Positions 28,580 to 38,970 of a stretch of 64,000 nucleotides of DNA are shown here, in pieces; the first letter of the stretch is position 1, and the number at the start of each line of letters is the position of its first letter. Source of the DNA: an uncultured Hyphomicrobiales bacterium (lineage in GTDB: Bacteria; Bacteroidota; Ignavibacteria; Kapaibacteriales; UBA2268). The notes beneath the pieces are model-generated. The model saw nothing but the letters and a program-made list of their open reading frames with translations, made no database searches and was not told the DNA's origin. The position numbers and the translations under genes were made by a program. The stretch covers positions 68,609 to 132,608 of the forward strand of contig CAYWYR010000002.1 in NCBI GenBank assembly GCA_964462685.1, in the 5' to 3' direction.

Positions 28580-29662
28580 ATGGCTACTGAAACAGAAAGT
28601 AAACGCTTGGAATTACTGGAATCCCGGTTGGAATGGTACAAGGCTATATTCGATAACGCAACGGACGCTTTTTTTATCGTACAGCCGGACAGCTGGGAAA
28701 TCCTCGATATAAATGAGTTTGGTTCCCAACTTTTGGGTTACACAAAGGATGATATCATCGGCTCTCGCCTTCCTCAGTTCAAGCGTATTTTCAAGTTGCT
28801 TAAGAAAAGCTCGTCTCCTATAGTTTTAAGCGAACTTTCCTTAGACAGGCATGAAGATGGCGAGCCATTAATGCTTGAAGTGTCAGCCAGATTCCTTGAT
28901 ATTGACGGTAGTGAAGTTATATATGCGATTGCCCGCGACGTATCTGAACAGCACGCCTTAACCGATAAAATGGTTCAGGCCGATAAACTTGTGCTTCTTG
29001 GCCAGCTTTCCGCTGGTGTAGCACATGAACTGAGAAATCCTTTAGCTGCCGTAAATCTCAACCTTCAGGTTTTGAAAAGGAAGATGGATAATGAAAGTGC
29101 TGAGTTCAGTTATGTTGATATGGCTTTGCAGGGTGTCGAACGAATATCGAAGATTGTTGACGTAACCCTTAATTTTTCCAGACCGGCAATGCCTGATGTA
29201 CAGAATATCGATATAAACCAACTGATTCCAAATGTACTGGAACTTACAAGAAGCAATATCAAGAGAAAAGATGTAACGATTGACCTTGATCTTGATCCGG
29301 AACTTCCAACTGTAAATGCAGACGGTAAGCAGATTCAGCAGGTATTTATAAATCTGATCACAAATGCGCTGGATGCCATAGAGACCAAAGGTAGAATTGA
29401 TATACAGACATTCAGAGAGGATGGGCAAAAAAGTAACGAAGGCAGCTATGTAGTCGTTTCTGTTAAAGACGACGGGATCGGTATGCCACCGGAAGAGTTG
29501 ACTAAGATCTTCAATCCATTCTTCACACGAAAATCAGAAGGCACAGGTCTGGGATTACCTATTACCCAAAGGATACTTCATCAGCACAACGGAATAATTG
29601 ACGTTGAGAGCCAAAAAGGCAAAGGTACTACCTTTTATGTAAAACTTCCGATAACCCTTTAA
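28580..29662 (+). CDS. PAS-domain NtrB-type histidine kinase
   Basis: PAS N-terminus; GVAHELRNPL, QVFINLITNALDA, DDGIG and GTGLGL. Confidence 0.93.
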   Translation: MATETESKRLELLESRLEWYKAIFDNATDAFFIVQPDSWEILDINEFGSQLLGYTKDDIIGSRLPQFKRIFKLLKKSSSPIVLSELSLDRHEDGEPLMLEVSARFLDIDGSEVIYAIARDVSEQHALTDKMVQADKLVLLGQLSAGVAHELRNPLAAVNLNLQVLKRKMDNESAEFSYVDMALQGVERISKIVDVTLNFSRPAMPDVQNIDINQLIPNVLELTRSNIKRKDVTIDLDLDPELPTVNADGKQIQQVFINLITNALDAIETKGRIDIQTFREDGQKSNEGSYVVVSVKDDGIGMPPEELTKIFNPFFTRKSEGTGLGLPITQRILHQHNGIIDVESQKGKGTTFYVKLPITL

Positions 29663-29824
29663 GTATGCGAAATACTTATTGGTTGAATCTGATTATTGTT
29701 TTTTTGATTCAATAATCTATCACTGATAATATTATCCCCAGTAGCTGTAAAATTAGATTAGATACAGCAAATTGTTTATTTTTAGCCATAAATAAAACAT
29801 GAGAATATCATAAGTAATTCCGAG

Positions 29825-31261
29825 ATGTCTAAGCAGAACTATACAATAGTCGTTATCGAAGATGACAAACTTGTCAATGATACGATAAACGATATTTTAG
29901 GTGATAAATATAAAAAAGTAATAACTTTCACCGATGCTATAAAGGCAATGGACGAGTTCCATCTACACACGCCTGACTTAGTCCTCCTTGATATATTTCT
30001 CGGCCATGCGAACGGCTTAGATATCTTGGAGACCATCAGAAAGCAGGGCTACGCAATGCCTGTTATTATGATGACGGCTTTTTCTGATATAAAGATGGCG
30101 GTTCGAGCAATGAAACTCGGCGCCGAGGACTTCATCGTCAAGCCTCTCGACTTAGAACAGCTTGAAGTATCTATAGAAAGGGCACTTGAAAATTATGATC
30201 TTAAAAGAAGGGTTGAGGTTTTATCGGAACAGGTAAAACAAGACAAGCAATCTGAGATAATAGGTGAATCGTCAAAGCTAAACCAAGCTATGGATATGGC
30301 AAGATTATTCGCTCAAGCCGATGATACGACAGTATTGGTATTAGGTGAGAGCGGAACGGGTAAAGAGCTTTTCGCCAGCTATATTCATAATAACTCACCG
30401 AGAAGAAAAGGCCCTTTTATCTCTATTAACTGTGGCGCTATCCCTAAGGACTTGGCGGAAAACGAGCTATTTGGTTATGAAAAAGGTGCCTTTACAGGTG
30501 CTACAGAGAAAATAAAACAAGGCCGTTTCGAGCAGGCACAGCACGGCACCATTCTTTTGGATGAAGTAGGTGAGCTGACGCTTGAGTTACAAGTAAAGCT
30601 TCTGAGAGTGCTTCAGGAAAAAAGATATTACAGGCTCGGCGGACAAAAAGAAATAACGGTGGATGTTCGGGTAATAGCTGCTACAAACAAAGATTTACCT
30701 TCCATGGTTGAGGATGGCAGCTTTCGAGAGGATCTATACTATAGGTTGAATGTTGCATCCGTTGAGTTGCCGCCCTTGCGTGAGAGAGGCGATGATATAA
30801 TAAAACTTGCAACTGCTTTTGTAAACAAATACAACAAAAAGTTCAATAAGAACATAGGGGGTTTCACCCCGGATGCAAAACAGATAATCCTGAACTACCC
30901 TTGGAAAGGTAATATCAGAGAGCTACAGAATGTCATCGAAAGAGTTGTTCTTTTAGAACAAAACAATGTAATCAGCTCAGATTCACTGTCATCGATAAGA
31001 GGTGTCACCAGCATTCCCGTATCTGACAACGAGACTAAGAAAGATATGGTACTCTCGGAGGGCCAACACTATCTCGCTATCTCAAATAGCGGTGTGGAGA
31101 TGAACAGTGTCATTAAAGACCTAATCATACAAACCCTTAAGCTTACAAACGGCAATCAAATCAAGGCGGCACAGCTTCTCAACCAAACGAGAGCGAAACT
31201 TCGATACCGTCTAGAACAACTTGATATCAACCCCGCAGAGTACAATAAAAAACGAAGCTAA
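29825..31261 (+). CDS. Sigma54-dependent response regulator (REC-AAA+-HTH, NtrC/FleR-like)
   Basis: DLVLLDI, GESGTGKE, FGYEKGAFTGA, LLDEVGEL, FREDLYYRLNV and WKGNIREL. Confidence 0.95.
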   Translation: MSKQNYTIVVIEDDKLVNDTINDILGDKYKKVITFTDAIKAMDEFHLHTPDLVLLDIFLGHANGLDILETIRKQGYAMPVIMMTAFSDIKMAVRAMKLGAEDFIVKPLDLEQLEVSIERALENYDLKRRVEVLSEQVKQDKQSEIIGESSKLNQAMDMARLFAQADDTTVLVLGESGTGKELFASYIHNNSPRRKGPFISINCGAIPKDLAENELFGYEKGAFTGATEKIKQGRFEQAQHGTILLDEVGELTLELQVKLLRVLQEKRYYRLGGQKEITVDVRVIAATNKDLPSMVEDGSFREDLYYRLNVASVELPPLRERGDDIIKLATAFVNKYNKKFNKNIGGFTPDAKQIILNYPWKGNIRELQNVIERVVLLEQNNVISSDSLSSIRGVTSIPVSDNETKKDMVLSEGQHYLAISNSGVEMNSVIKDLIIQTLKLTNGNQIKAAQLLNQTRAKLRYRLEQLDINPAEYNKKRS

Positions 31262-31279
31262 CATTTAGGACACATCGTT

Positions 31280-32113
31280 ATGACGAACGACGAATTTGCT
31301 CAGGTATCATCTAAAATTAAAGATCTTACGGGGATTTTCTTTCCGGAATCAAAAAAATATTTAGTAGAAAGCCGTATCGACAGAAGAATAAAGGAAGTAA
31401 ACGACCCTTCCAAATTCACCAATCCTATTGAATATATGAAATATGTCAGTAGGAATACAGATAAAAATGAGTTGGAATGTTTTTATAACATGGTAACAAT
31501 AAACGAGACTTTTTTCTTTAGATCCCCTCAGCAGTTCGATACGATAGAGAACTATCTGCTCCCTGAGATTATACAGAAAAAGCCTGGCTATTCAAAAAAA
31601 TTAAATATCTGGAGTGCTGCTTCTTCCAGTGGTGAGGAAATCTATACCTTAGCAATGATACTGAAAGAGGGTTTATTGAAAAATGATAATACCGTCAATG
31701 TATCGCTTCGTGCTAGCGACTTGGATATGAACACAATTGAAAAAGCTAAAAACGGCATCTATAAAAAATATTCAATACGCAATATGCCTCCCAAGTTTTT
31801 CAGTAAATATTTTAAACAAAAAGCCGATGAATACATATTGAGCGAAGAAATTATCAAAATGGTATCTTTTCAACAAGTCAATCTAAGCCGTAATTCCCAC
31901 TATCAGGTATATAGAGGCTGCGATATAATAATGCTTGCCAATGTTCTGATATATTTTGATCAAATGACTAAAGAGAAGGTTTTAGCCAATATTTTCTCCT
32001 GCCTGACAAGTGGAGGGTATTTGCTAATCGGTTATTCTGAGTCTCTACAAGGTATCAAACATAACTTCGAGACTTTTCATATCAACAAAACGATAGTATA
32101 CAAAAAACCATAA
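31280..32113 (+). CDS. cheR: Chemotaxis methyltransferase CheR
   Basis: TINETFFFR, IWSAASSSGEEIYTLAM, NVLIYFD and GGYLLIGYSES. Confidence 0.92.
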   Translation: MTNDEFAQVSSKIKDLTGIFFPESKKYLVESRIDRRIKEVNDPSKFTNPIEYMKYVSRNTDKNELECFYNMVTINETFFFRSPQQFDTIENYLLPEIIQKKPGYSKKLNIWSAASSSGEEIYTLAMILKEGLLKNDNTVNVSLRASDLDMNTIEKAKNGIYKKYSIRNMPPKFFSKYFKQKADEYILSEEIIKMVSFQQVNLSRNSHYQVYRGCDIIMLANVLIYFDQMTKEKVLANIFSCLTSGGYLLIGYSESLQGIKHNFETFHINKTIVYKKP

Positions 32114-32125
32114 GCGGGTAATTTA

Positions 32126-32503
32126 ATGGTATTTTTAGTAGTTGATGATTCTCCCACGATGAGAAGAATTGTTATAAACGCACTTAAATCATTCGGGCAT
32201 TCTGATGTATTGGAGGCCGGAGATGGTGAAGAAGCTCTTCAACAGCTTGGTGCCAATCCGGTCGATTTTGTAGTCACAGATTGGAATATGCCTGTAATGT
32301 CTGGCTTGGAACTCACCAAAGCCATTAGAACTTCGGATAAGTTGAAACACCTTCCTATCTTAATGGTTACAACAAGAGGCCTAAAACAGGATATAATCGA
32401 GGCATTGAAAGCCAAGGTAAATAATTATGTAGTCAAACCATTTACACCTCAGATTCTGGAAGAAAAGATAAACTTGATACTTAAATCGCTTGGGAAACTA
32501 TGA
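32126..32503 (+). CDS. cheY: Chemotaxis response regulator CheY
   Basis: VVDDSPTMRR, VTDWNMP, MVTT and YVVKPF; stand-alone REC domain inside the che cluster. Confidence 0.92.
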   Translation: MVFLVVDDSPTMRRIVINALKSFGHSDVLEAGDGEEALQQLGANPVDFVVTDWNMPVMSGLELTKAIRTSDKLKHLPILMVTTRGLKQDIIEALKAKVNNYVVKPFTPQILEEKINLILKSLGKL

Positions 32504-33708
32504 GAGACAAAGATTATAACCATTTGATTGTAAAAGCCGAAGAGCTCAGGTCTCTTTTTTCATTAGGTGAGAAAGTTATACCTTTCCTTGAAGATATTTT
32601 TAAATTCTTAAAGGATACACAGCCTCTTTTTGAGGAGATCAACGAGAGTATCAATGAGAACCTCCAGAAAATGCCTTCTGCCTCGGAGCAGCTTTCAAAA
32701 GTTACTCAGGAGTCCGAAAAGACTACAAACCAGATAATGGATGAGGTAGACTCTATCATAGGAAATGCGGCAGCCATATCCAATACAAAAATTTCAGCTA
32801 CGGGAAGCTCGAGCGGCAGTCCCCTCAAAATACTTAAACTATTAAAAGACGCTATAGCTGACGGTAAGGATCTATCCCCTACTGTTCCAATGTTAGGTAA
32901 AGCGATAGAATATCTTGAAGATGAGACCGCTAAAACCGAGAATGCTGATACTTCACAGATAAATGAATTAGCGGATAAAATTCAAAATTCTGCTAATACG
33001 ATAATGATGTCCCTGCAAATTCAGGATATCGCATCTCAACAGCTTGCCTCGGTCGATCATTTACTCAAAAATCTTCAAAAAAGACTTCAAACTCTACTTT
33101 ACCGGTTCAATGACGACGACATGGGAGAGCTTTCTGCAGATAAGAGCACTAAAGACAATACCAATGTTACTCAAATGCACAGAGATATAGCATTTGACTC
33201 TGACGCTGTCAATCGGTATGAAGATAACGATACACAGAGTGATATTGATGCTATGTTTGAATCAGGGCTCACTGATGATATGCTTAATGAAAGCCAAGAT
33301 GATAACGAGGAAACCGCAGAGGATTTAAACAAAGACGGGAATCCTAAAGAAGAAGCAAAAACCGACGGAGAAGATAATATTAGCGACGATGATCTTGCTG
33401 CCTTAGGAATTACTGATTTTCAAGATGAAGATAATAAAGAAAATGACATCTCTGATTACAGTTCTATAGATACTGAAACTGCTGAAGCATCAGAGAGCAA
33501 TAGTATAGAAACAGATATTTCTTCAAGTGTTACTGCTGATACTTCCGATGATAACGAAGAAATCAATCAGAACGCAAATGTTGAATCACATATAGATATG
33601 CAGGAAGAAGAACAGGCTGATCAGTCAGAAACGGAAAGCCAAGATAATTTAGAAGACGGCGACACACAGTTTTCGCAAGATGATATTGACGCATTATTTG
33701 GGAGTTGA
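32500..33708 (+). CDS. cheZ: CheZ-like phosphatase with long acidic C-terminal linker
   Basis: QLSKVTQESEKTTNQIMD, LQIQDIASQQL (DxxxQ) and terminal SQDDIDALF. Confidence 0.8.
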   Translation: MRDKDYNHLIVKAEELRSLFSLGEKVIPFLEDIFKFLKDTQPLFEEINESINENLQKMPSASEQLSKVTQESEKTTNQIMDEVDSIIGNAAAISNTKISATGSSSGSPLKILKLLKDAIADGKDLSPTVPMLGKAIEYLEDETAKTENADTSQINELADKIQNSANTIMMSLQIQDIASQQLASVDHLLKNLQKRLQTLLYRFNDDDMGELSADKSTKDNTNVTQMHRDIAFDSDAVNRYEDNDTQSDIDAMFESGLTDDMLNESQDDNEETAEDLNKDGNPKEEAKTDGEDNISDDDLAALGITDFQDEDNKENDISDYSSIDTETAEASESNSIETDISSSVTADTSDDNEEINQNANVESHIDMQEEEQADQSETESQDNLEDGDTQFSQDDIDALFGS

Positions 33709-33711
33709 TAG

Positions 33712-35673
33712 ATGCCACAGTTTGAAGATGAAGACATGTATGAGATTTTCGACGGTTTTTTAATTGAAACCGCGGAAATCCTCGATCAGATTTCTCAGGA
33801 TCTTATGCTGCTTGAAAGCGATTCTGAAAACATATCATTAGTAAATCAATTATTCCGGTCGTTCCATACTATTAAGGGTACATCTTCATTTATGGGGTTT
33901 ACCCAGATTTCAGGATTTACTCATGAAGCTGAGGATTTACTAAATAAGCTCCGGAAAGAGGAGCTGAAAGTCAATGAGAATATTGTAGAGCTTTTATTGC
34001 TGTCTCGGGACGCTATAGAAACTATGGTCGATCAGATTAAAAATGATGAAAAAGTACAGACTTTTGATGATTTATTATCTATGATTCAAAAAGCCAAAGA
34101 CGATAAATCTTCTGAAGATACCATGGATGCATCAACAGATAAATCCCTGATCGATTCGGTTAGCCAAATAGAAGGAGAAGGTGATTTCTCAGAAGATGAA
34201 GAAGCGCTTCTGCAAGCAGCTTTCGCAGAACTCAACTCTGAGTTTAACGCAAGCGAAGATGACACATCCGAGGAAAAAGAGGGTTCTGCTCCTGAAATAG
34301 AAAATTCTGAAAATGACATATCAGATGTAGAAGACAATAGTAAAGCAGAAGATGATTCCGATAAATCATCTGATAACGACAGCCATCAGCAATCAGACGA
34401 AAAGAAACAATCCTCTCAAGAGCAAAAAACTGAGAACAAATTACCCGCTAGGAAACCAACGTCTGCAACCGAAACCATAAGAATAGATATCGATCGCATT
34501 GAGTCTATGATGGACTTATCAGGTGAATTGGTACTCAGTCGCAATAGATTAGCTCAAATCACCAATAGGTTAGAAAACAATCCTAATGATCCGCATATTC
34601 TTCAGGAACTAATAGAAAATTATACCCAGCTTGATAAAGTTACCTCAGACATTCAGAACTCCGTGATGAAAATGAGGATGGTACAAGTCGGTAAACTTTA
34701 TCAAAAAGCACCTAGAATAGTTAGAGATCTTTCTAGAGAATTTGATAAAAAAATCAAATTGGTCGTTTCCGGTGAAGATACAGAAATTGATAGAACCATC
34801 ATAGAAGAGCTGAATGATCCACTGGTACATATGATCAGAAACTCCTGCGACCACGGAATCGAGTCTAAAGAAAAAAGACTTGCATCAGGTAAGAGCGAAG
34901 AAGGGCATATTTATTTAGACGCACTTCAGGAAGGTAATCATATTATTCTTAAGATCGGAGATGACGGCGCAGGTATCGATCCGAAAATCATTAAGAACAA
35001 ATGTCTTGAAAAAGGAGTAATCACCCAATCCGAAGCTGATAATATGAGCGATAAGGATATAATCCAGCTTATTTTCGCACCTGGTTTTTCTACTGCACAG
35101 ACAGTTTCCGCTGTTTCTGGCAGAGGCGTGGGTATGGATGTAGTAAGAACGAATATAAAAAAGCTTAAAGGTTCTATAGAAATCGAATCAACTGTAGGAA
35201 AAGGCTCTACCTTTATTATAAAACTTCCTCTTACCCTTGCGATAATTCAAGGTCTGCTTATAGGAATACAAGATGAGATCTATGCTTTACCTCTAACAAC
35301 CGTTGATGAAGTCGTGACGGTAAAAGTTTCGGAAATCGAAGAAGTAAATTCACGTCCAGTTGTCAGGATCAGAAACCAGATAATACCTATTTTCGATCTG
35401 GAGAATATTTTTCAGAACCAGAGCAAGAAAAATGATCAAGATTACTTGAACATCGTAGTTGTAGCACATGGAAACGAAAAATCTGGTATTGTTGTGAGTT
35501 CACTACACGGTCAGCAAGAAATCGTTATTAAAACCTTAGGCCCTTTACTGCAGGGAACCAAAGGTATTGCAGGTAGTACAATTTTAGGCGATGGACGGGT
35601 AATTATGATACTCGATATGGGAGATATATTGGAAGATTACGAGGAAACACATTTAATGGAATCATTTGTATGA
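33712..35673 (+). CDS. cheA: Chemotaxis histidine kinase CheA
   Basis: HPt FRSFHTIKG, HMIRNSCDHG, DDGAGID, GRGVGMDVV and a C-terminal CheW-like domain. Confidence 0.96.
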   Translation: MPQFEDEDMYEIFDGFLIETAEILDQISQDLMLLESDSENISLVNQLFRSFHTIKGTSSFMGFTQISGFTHEAEDLLNKLRKEELKVNENIVELLLLSRDAIETMVDQIKNDEKVQTFDDLLSMIQKAKDDKSSEDTMDASTDKSLIDSVSQIEGEGDFSEDEEALLQAAFAELNSEFNASEDDTSEEKEGSAPEIENSENDISDVEDNSKAEDDSDKSSDNDSHQQSDEKKQSSQEQKTENKLPARKPTSATETIRIDIDRIESMMDLSGELVLSRNRLAQITNRLENNPNDPHILQELIENYTQLDKVTSDIQNSVMKMRMVQVGKLYQKAPRIVRDLSREFDKKIKLVVSGEDTEIDRTIIEELNDPLVHMIRNSCDHGIESKEKRLASGKSEEGHIYLDALQEGNHIILKIGDDGAGIDPKIIKNKCLEKGVITQSEADNMSDKDIIQLIFAPGFSTAQTVSAVSGRGVGMDVVRTNIKKLKGSIEIESTVGKGSTFIIKLPLTLAIIQGLLIGIQDEIYALPLTTVDEVVTVKVSEIEEVNSRPVVRIRNQIIPIFDLENIFQNQSKKNDQDYLNIVVVAHGNEKSGIVVSSLHGQQEIVIKTLGPLLQGTKGIAGSTILGDGRVIMILDMGDILEDYEETHLMESFV

Positions 35674-36755
35674 GTAAATTAAGAGTATTGATCGTAGACG
35701 ATTCGGTAATTTTCAGAACCGCATTTAAGAAAATCTTCGATCAAGATGATATGGAGGTAGTTGGCACTGCTTCGAACGGCAAACAAGCTGTTGATATGGC
35801 TATTGAACTAAAGCCAGATGTTATTACTATGGATGTTGAAATGCCTATAATGAATGGTTTAGAGGCAACAAAAAGAATAATGGACCAGGAGCCTACAAAG
35901 ATTATTCTCGTAAGTTCACTAACAACTGATAATTCTGAAGAAACAATCAAAGGTTTGTCTTATGGTGCTCTTGATCATGTACATAAAGTAAATAGGTTTG
36001 GTAGCCAGTCGGAAATCTCGGGTGAGGTATTAAATAAAATACGAGAAATAGGATATTCCAAAGCAAAGTTTTTACCTAGAAGAACCGCTAAAGAGAAATA
36101 TGAGGATTCAAAAGGCAAAGATAATTCGGACAATAACAATAGTTCTACCCTATCAAAAAATCTTACTGGCGAATCATTTCCCCCTAAGTCAAAGATAAAT
36201 CTGATAACGATCGGTATATCGACCGGTGGCCCGAATACTCTTATCGATATCATACCAAACTTCCCCTCGAAGTTAGAGATACCTATCGTAATTGTACAAC
36301 ATATGCCTCCAAAATTCACTAAGTCGCTTGCTGAAAGATTAAACAAAAAGACTGAACTTTATGTTACTGAAGCTATGGACGGTGAAAAACTAGAACCGAA
36401 TCACATTTATATCTGCCCAGGTGGGATGCAGTCAAGAATTAAGCGGAATAGGATATATATTACCGAATCTGATACTAGTGCCGAACTATATGCCCCATCA
36501 TATAATGTTTTACTAGAAAGCATAGAAAAAGACGCTCGAGGAGTCATGGCGTTTATGATGACGGGTATGGGATCAGACGGTACTCGAGGTTTTGGAATGA
36601 TAAAAGAGAAAGGCGGTTTTACTGCCGCTCAATCAACCTCTACCTGCATAATTTCAGGCATGCCAAAATCCGCTATTGATGCCAATGTTGTTGACTGGAT
36701 TTTTGACTTGCACCAGATACCTGCCGCTATTACAAAAATAGCCGCTAAAGAATAG
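35670..36755 (+). CDS. cheB: Chemotaxis methylesterase CheB
   Basis: REC domain plus GISTGGP, VQHMP and MTGMGSDG catalytic motifs. Confidence 0.94.
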   Translation: MSKLRVLIVDDSVIFRTAFKKIFDQDDMEVVGTASNGKQAVDMAIELKPDVITMDVEMPIMNGLEATKRIMDQEPTKIILVSSLTTDNSEETIKGLSYGALDHVHKVNRFGSQSEISGEVLNKIREIGYSKAKFLPRRTAKEKYEDSKGKDNSDNNNSSTLSKNLTGESFPPKSKINLITIGISTGGPNTLIDIIPNFPSKLEIPIVIVQHMPPKFTKSLAERLNKKTELYVTEAMDGEKLEPNHIYICPGGMQSRIKRNRIYITESDTSAELYAPSYNVLLESIEKDARGVMAFMMTGMGSDGTRGFGMIKEKGGFTAAQSTSTCIISGMPKSAIDANVVDWIFDLHQIPAAITKIAAKE

Positions 36756-36795
36756 CGGCTATTTTGGCTTTCACCATAACATGAGTTAAGATTTT

Positions 36796-37743
36796 TTATA
36801 CTTCTTGCTCGGCGAGCCATCTTTCCGCATCCATAGCTGCCATGCACCCTGTACCAGCGGCGGTAATCGCTTGCCTATATGTCCAATCCTGTGCGTCTCC
36901 ACTTGCGAACACGCCTTCTATATTTGTATAAGTTGATCCCGGTTTAGTGATTATATATCCGGTTTCATTCATATCTATGGTCTTTTGGAATATTTCAGTA
37001 TTTGGTTTATGACCGATAGCGATAAAAGCACCACCACCTTCTAGGAATTCTATTTCGCCAGTCTGAGTGTTTTTAGTATTTACGCCTGTAAGTTTCTTAA
37101 CTCCGTTTGTCGATTCACCTACGAATTCATCAACTACTACATTAGTGATAATATCTATTTTCTCGTGTTCCTTTGCTCTTTTTAGCATTATCTGAGAGGC
37201 ACGGAAATTTTCACTTCTATTAAGGATGGTTACTTTATCTGAAAAATTGGTAAGGAACAACGCTTCTTCCATTGCTGTATCACCGCCACCAACTATAAAG
37301 AGATTTTTCTCACCTTTAAAGAAAAAACCATCACATGTAGCACAAGCCGATATACCAGAGCCCCAGTACTCTGCCTCAGATGGAATACCGAGTAATTTTG
37401 CGGTAGCTCCAGTAGAAATAATTACAGCGTCCGCGGTATAATCATTTCTATCTGACTTCATTTTAAAAGGTCTTTCTGAAAAATCTACTTCAGATATAGT
37501 TTCAAATCTTGTTTCCGTACCAAATCTCTGAGCTTGTTTCCTAAGTATATCCATCATCTCAGGGCCTTGAACACCATTAACAAAACCAGGATAATTTTCC
37601 ACATCTGTAGTTATTGTCAGTTGGCCGCCAGGCTGCTGCCCTTCAAGTACAAGGGTATCAAGTTCCGCCCTGGAGCTGTATAACGCAGCTGTAAGACCAG
37701 CCGGGCCGGAACCGATGATTATTACTTTTCTATGTTCTGCCAT
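36796..37743 (-). CDS. trxB: Thioredoxin reductase (ATG at 37743 preferred over 37761)
   Basis: GSGPAGLTAA, GGQLTITTDVENYPG, CATCDG, GGGDTAMEEA and YRQAITAAGTG. Confidence 0.96.
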   Translation of the reverse strand: MAEHRKVIIIGSGPAGLTAALYSSRAELDTLVLEGQQPGGQLTITTDVENYPGFVNGVQGPEMMDILRKQAQRFGTETRFETISEVDFSERPFKMKSDRNDYTADAVIISTGATAKLLGIPSEAEYWGSGISACATCDGFFFKGEKNLFIVGGGDTAMEEALFLTNFSDKVTILNRSENFRASQIMLKRAKEHEKIDIITNVVVDEFVGESTNGVKKLTGVNTKNTQTGEIEFLEGGGAFIAIGHKPNTEIFQKTIDMNETGYIITKPGSTYTNIEGVFASGDAQDWTYRQAITAAGTGCMAAMDAERWLAEQEV

Positions 37744-37744
37744 T

Positions 37745-38970
37745 TTACTTATACTCTTCAATTTCTTTTAAGAATCTCTCAATCAGATTTAGATCAACGT
37801 GCTGCATAACCACGATCTTCCAAAAGAGGTTATCATCATTATGTTCTTCTGGGATAAGCCCATACTTTTCACAGACATTTTTGTTAACATCTTTAGATAA
37901 CAAAGTTACGATATTCAGTTTGGGTTCTCTGAAAAATCTTATATTTTTTTTCTCAAGTTGTTCACATAATCTATCTGTTCTCCTGTTCAGTACCTCAATA
38001 CGTTCCTGCCAGCCATAGTAACCGTAGGTCATTAAAATCATCCATACAGCTATTGCATTCGCGCCTGAACGGGAGCCGGAAAGAGTTAAGTCAAGGCCAT
38101 TTACATATCCAGCTTCCTCTGTAACTGAATATCGCATCAATCCTTTCTCGCTAAGAAAATACCTGTTCCGTATGGTGCTTGTAGCATTTTATGTGCGTCT
38201 ATTGTAATTGAATCTATTCGTTTATCAGCAAAGCAGAGATGGTTGTTTTCGTTAGCTACAGCATATATAAAACCACCGTAAGCTCCGTCAACGTGTGCAT
38301 GATATGTAATATCCTCATTGTCCAGTAGATCGATCATCTCAAATCCATCAACCGAGCCAAACATCGTGGTACCCATATTCAGCACTGCAATCGCTGCCTT
38401 TATTCCGCTGTTCTTAATGATATCAAATGATTTTTCGATGACTATTTTTCTATCACCTTCAGATACTGGCAGTTGTATAAGATTGATATTTAAGAGATTT
38501 GCGGCTTTGGGAATAGAGTAATGGGTATCTTCAGAGCATACTATAGCTATCTCATTAATATCGAAGCCTTCAGAGATAAGTTTATTCCTATATATCCAAC
38601 ATGCTTGGATATTTGCCTCTGTACCCCCTGATGCGATATATCCGTCTGTTTGACCAGGCTTAGCATTGAAAAGATCAACTCCCAAAAGCTCTATTGTCTC
38701 ACGCTCTATCTGCTGAGTGCCTTTGAAAAACTCCTCACTCTCACCCATAGTGTGGCAGCCGATATGGTTCGGATTCTTAACTAAGGATGATAGGAATGGT
38801 GCTTGGTCCAGAAAAGGGAAATCGTCATAAAATACATTGCTATCTAAATGACTTGCTGGGACCCCCATAATATCGGAATGTCTGAAATCAACGTTTTCTT
38901 TTAAAGCCTCAAATACTCTTTCTCTGATTTCCTTATTAGTTTTTCTGATCCAGTGTTCTTTTTGATTCAT
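37745..38970 (-). pseudogene. Group II PLP-dependent decarboxylase split by a -1 frameshift at 38140-38148 (ORFs 38137..38970 and 37745..38140)
   Basis: SGGTEANIQA, HVDGAYGG and SITIDAHK (PLP Lys) in ORF1; TLSGSRSGANA in ORF2. The join ...FLARK-GLMRY... needs one extra base. Confidence 0.85.

Noticed and set aside
31921-31960. CheR reads LANVLIYF instead of CRNVLIYF
   Set aside because: A single-motif substitution with the other motifs intact; I cannot show it is unusual for this lineage.
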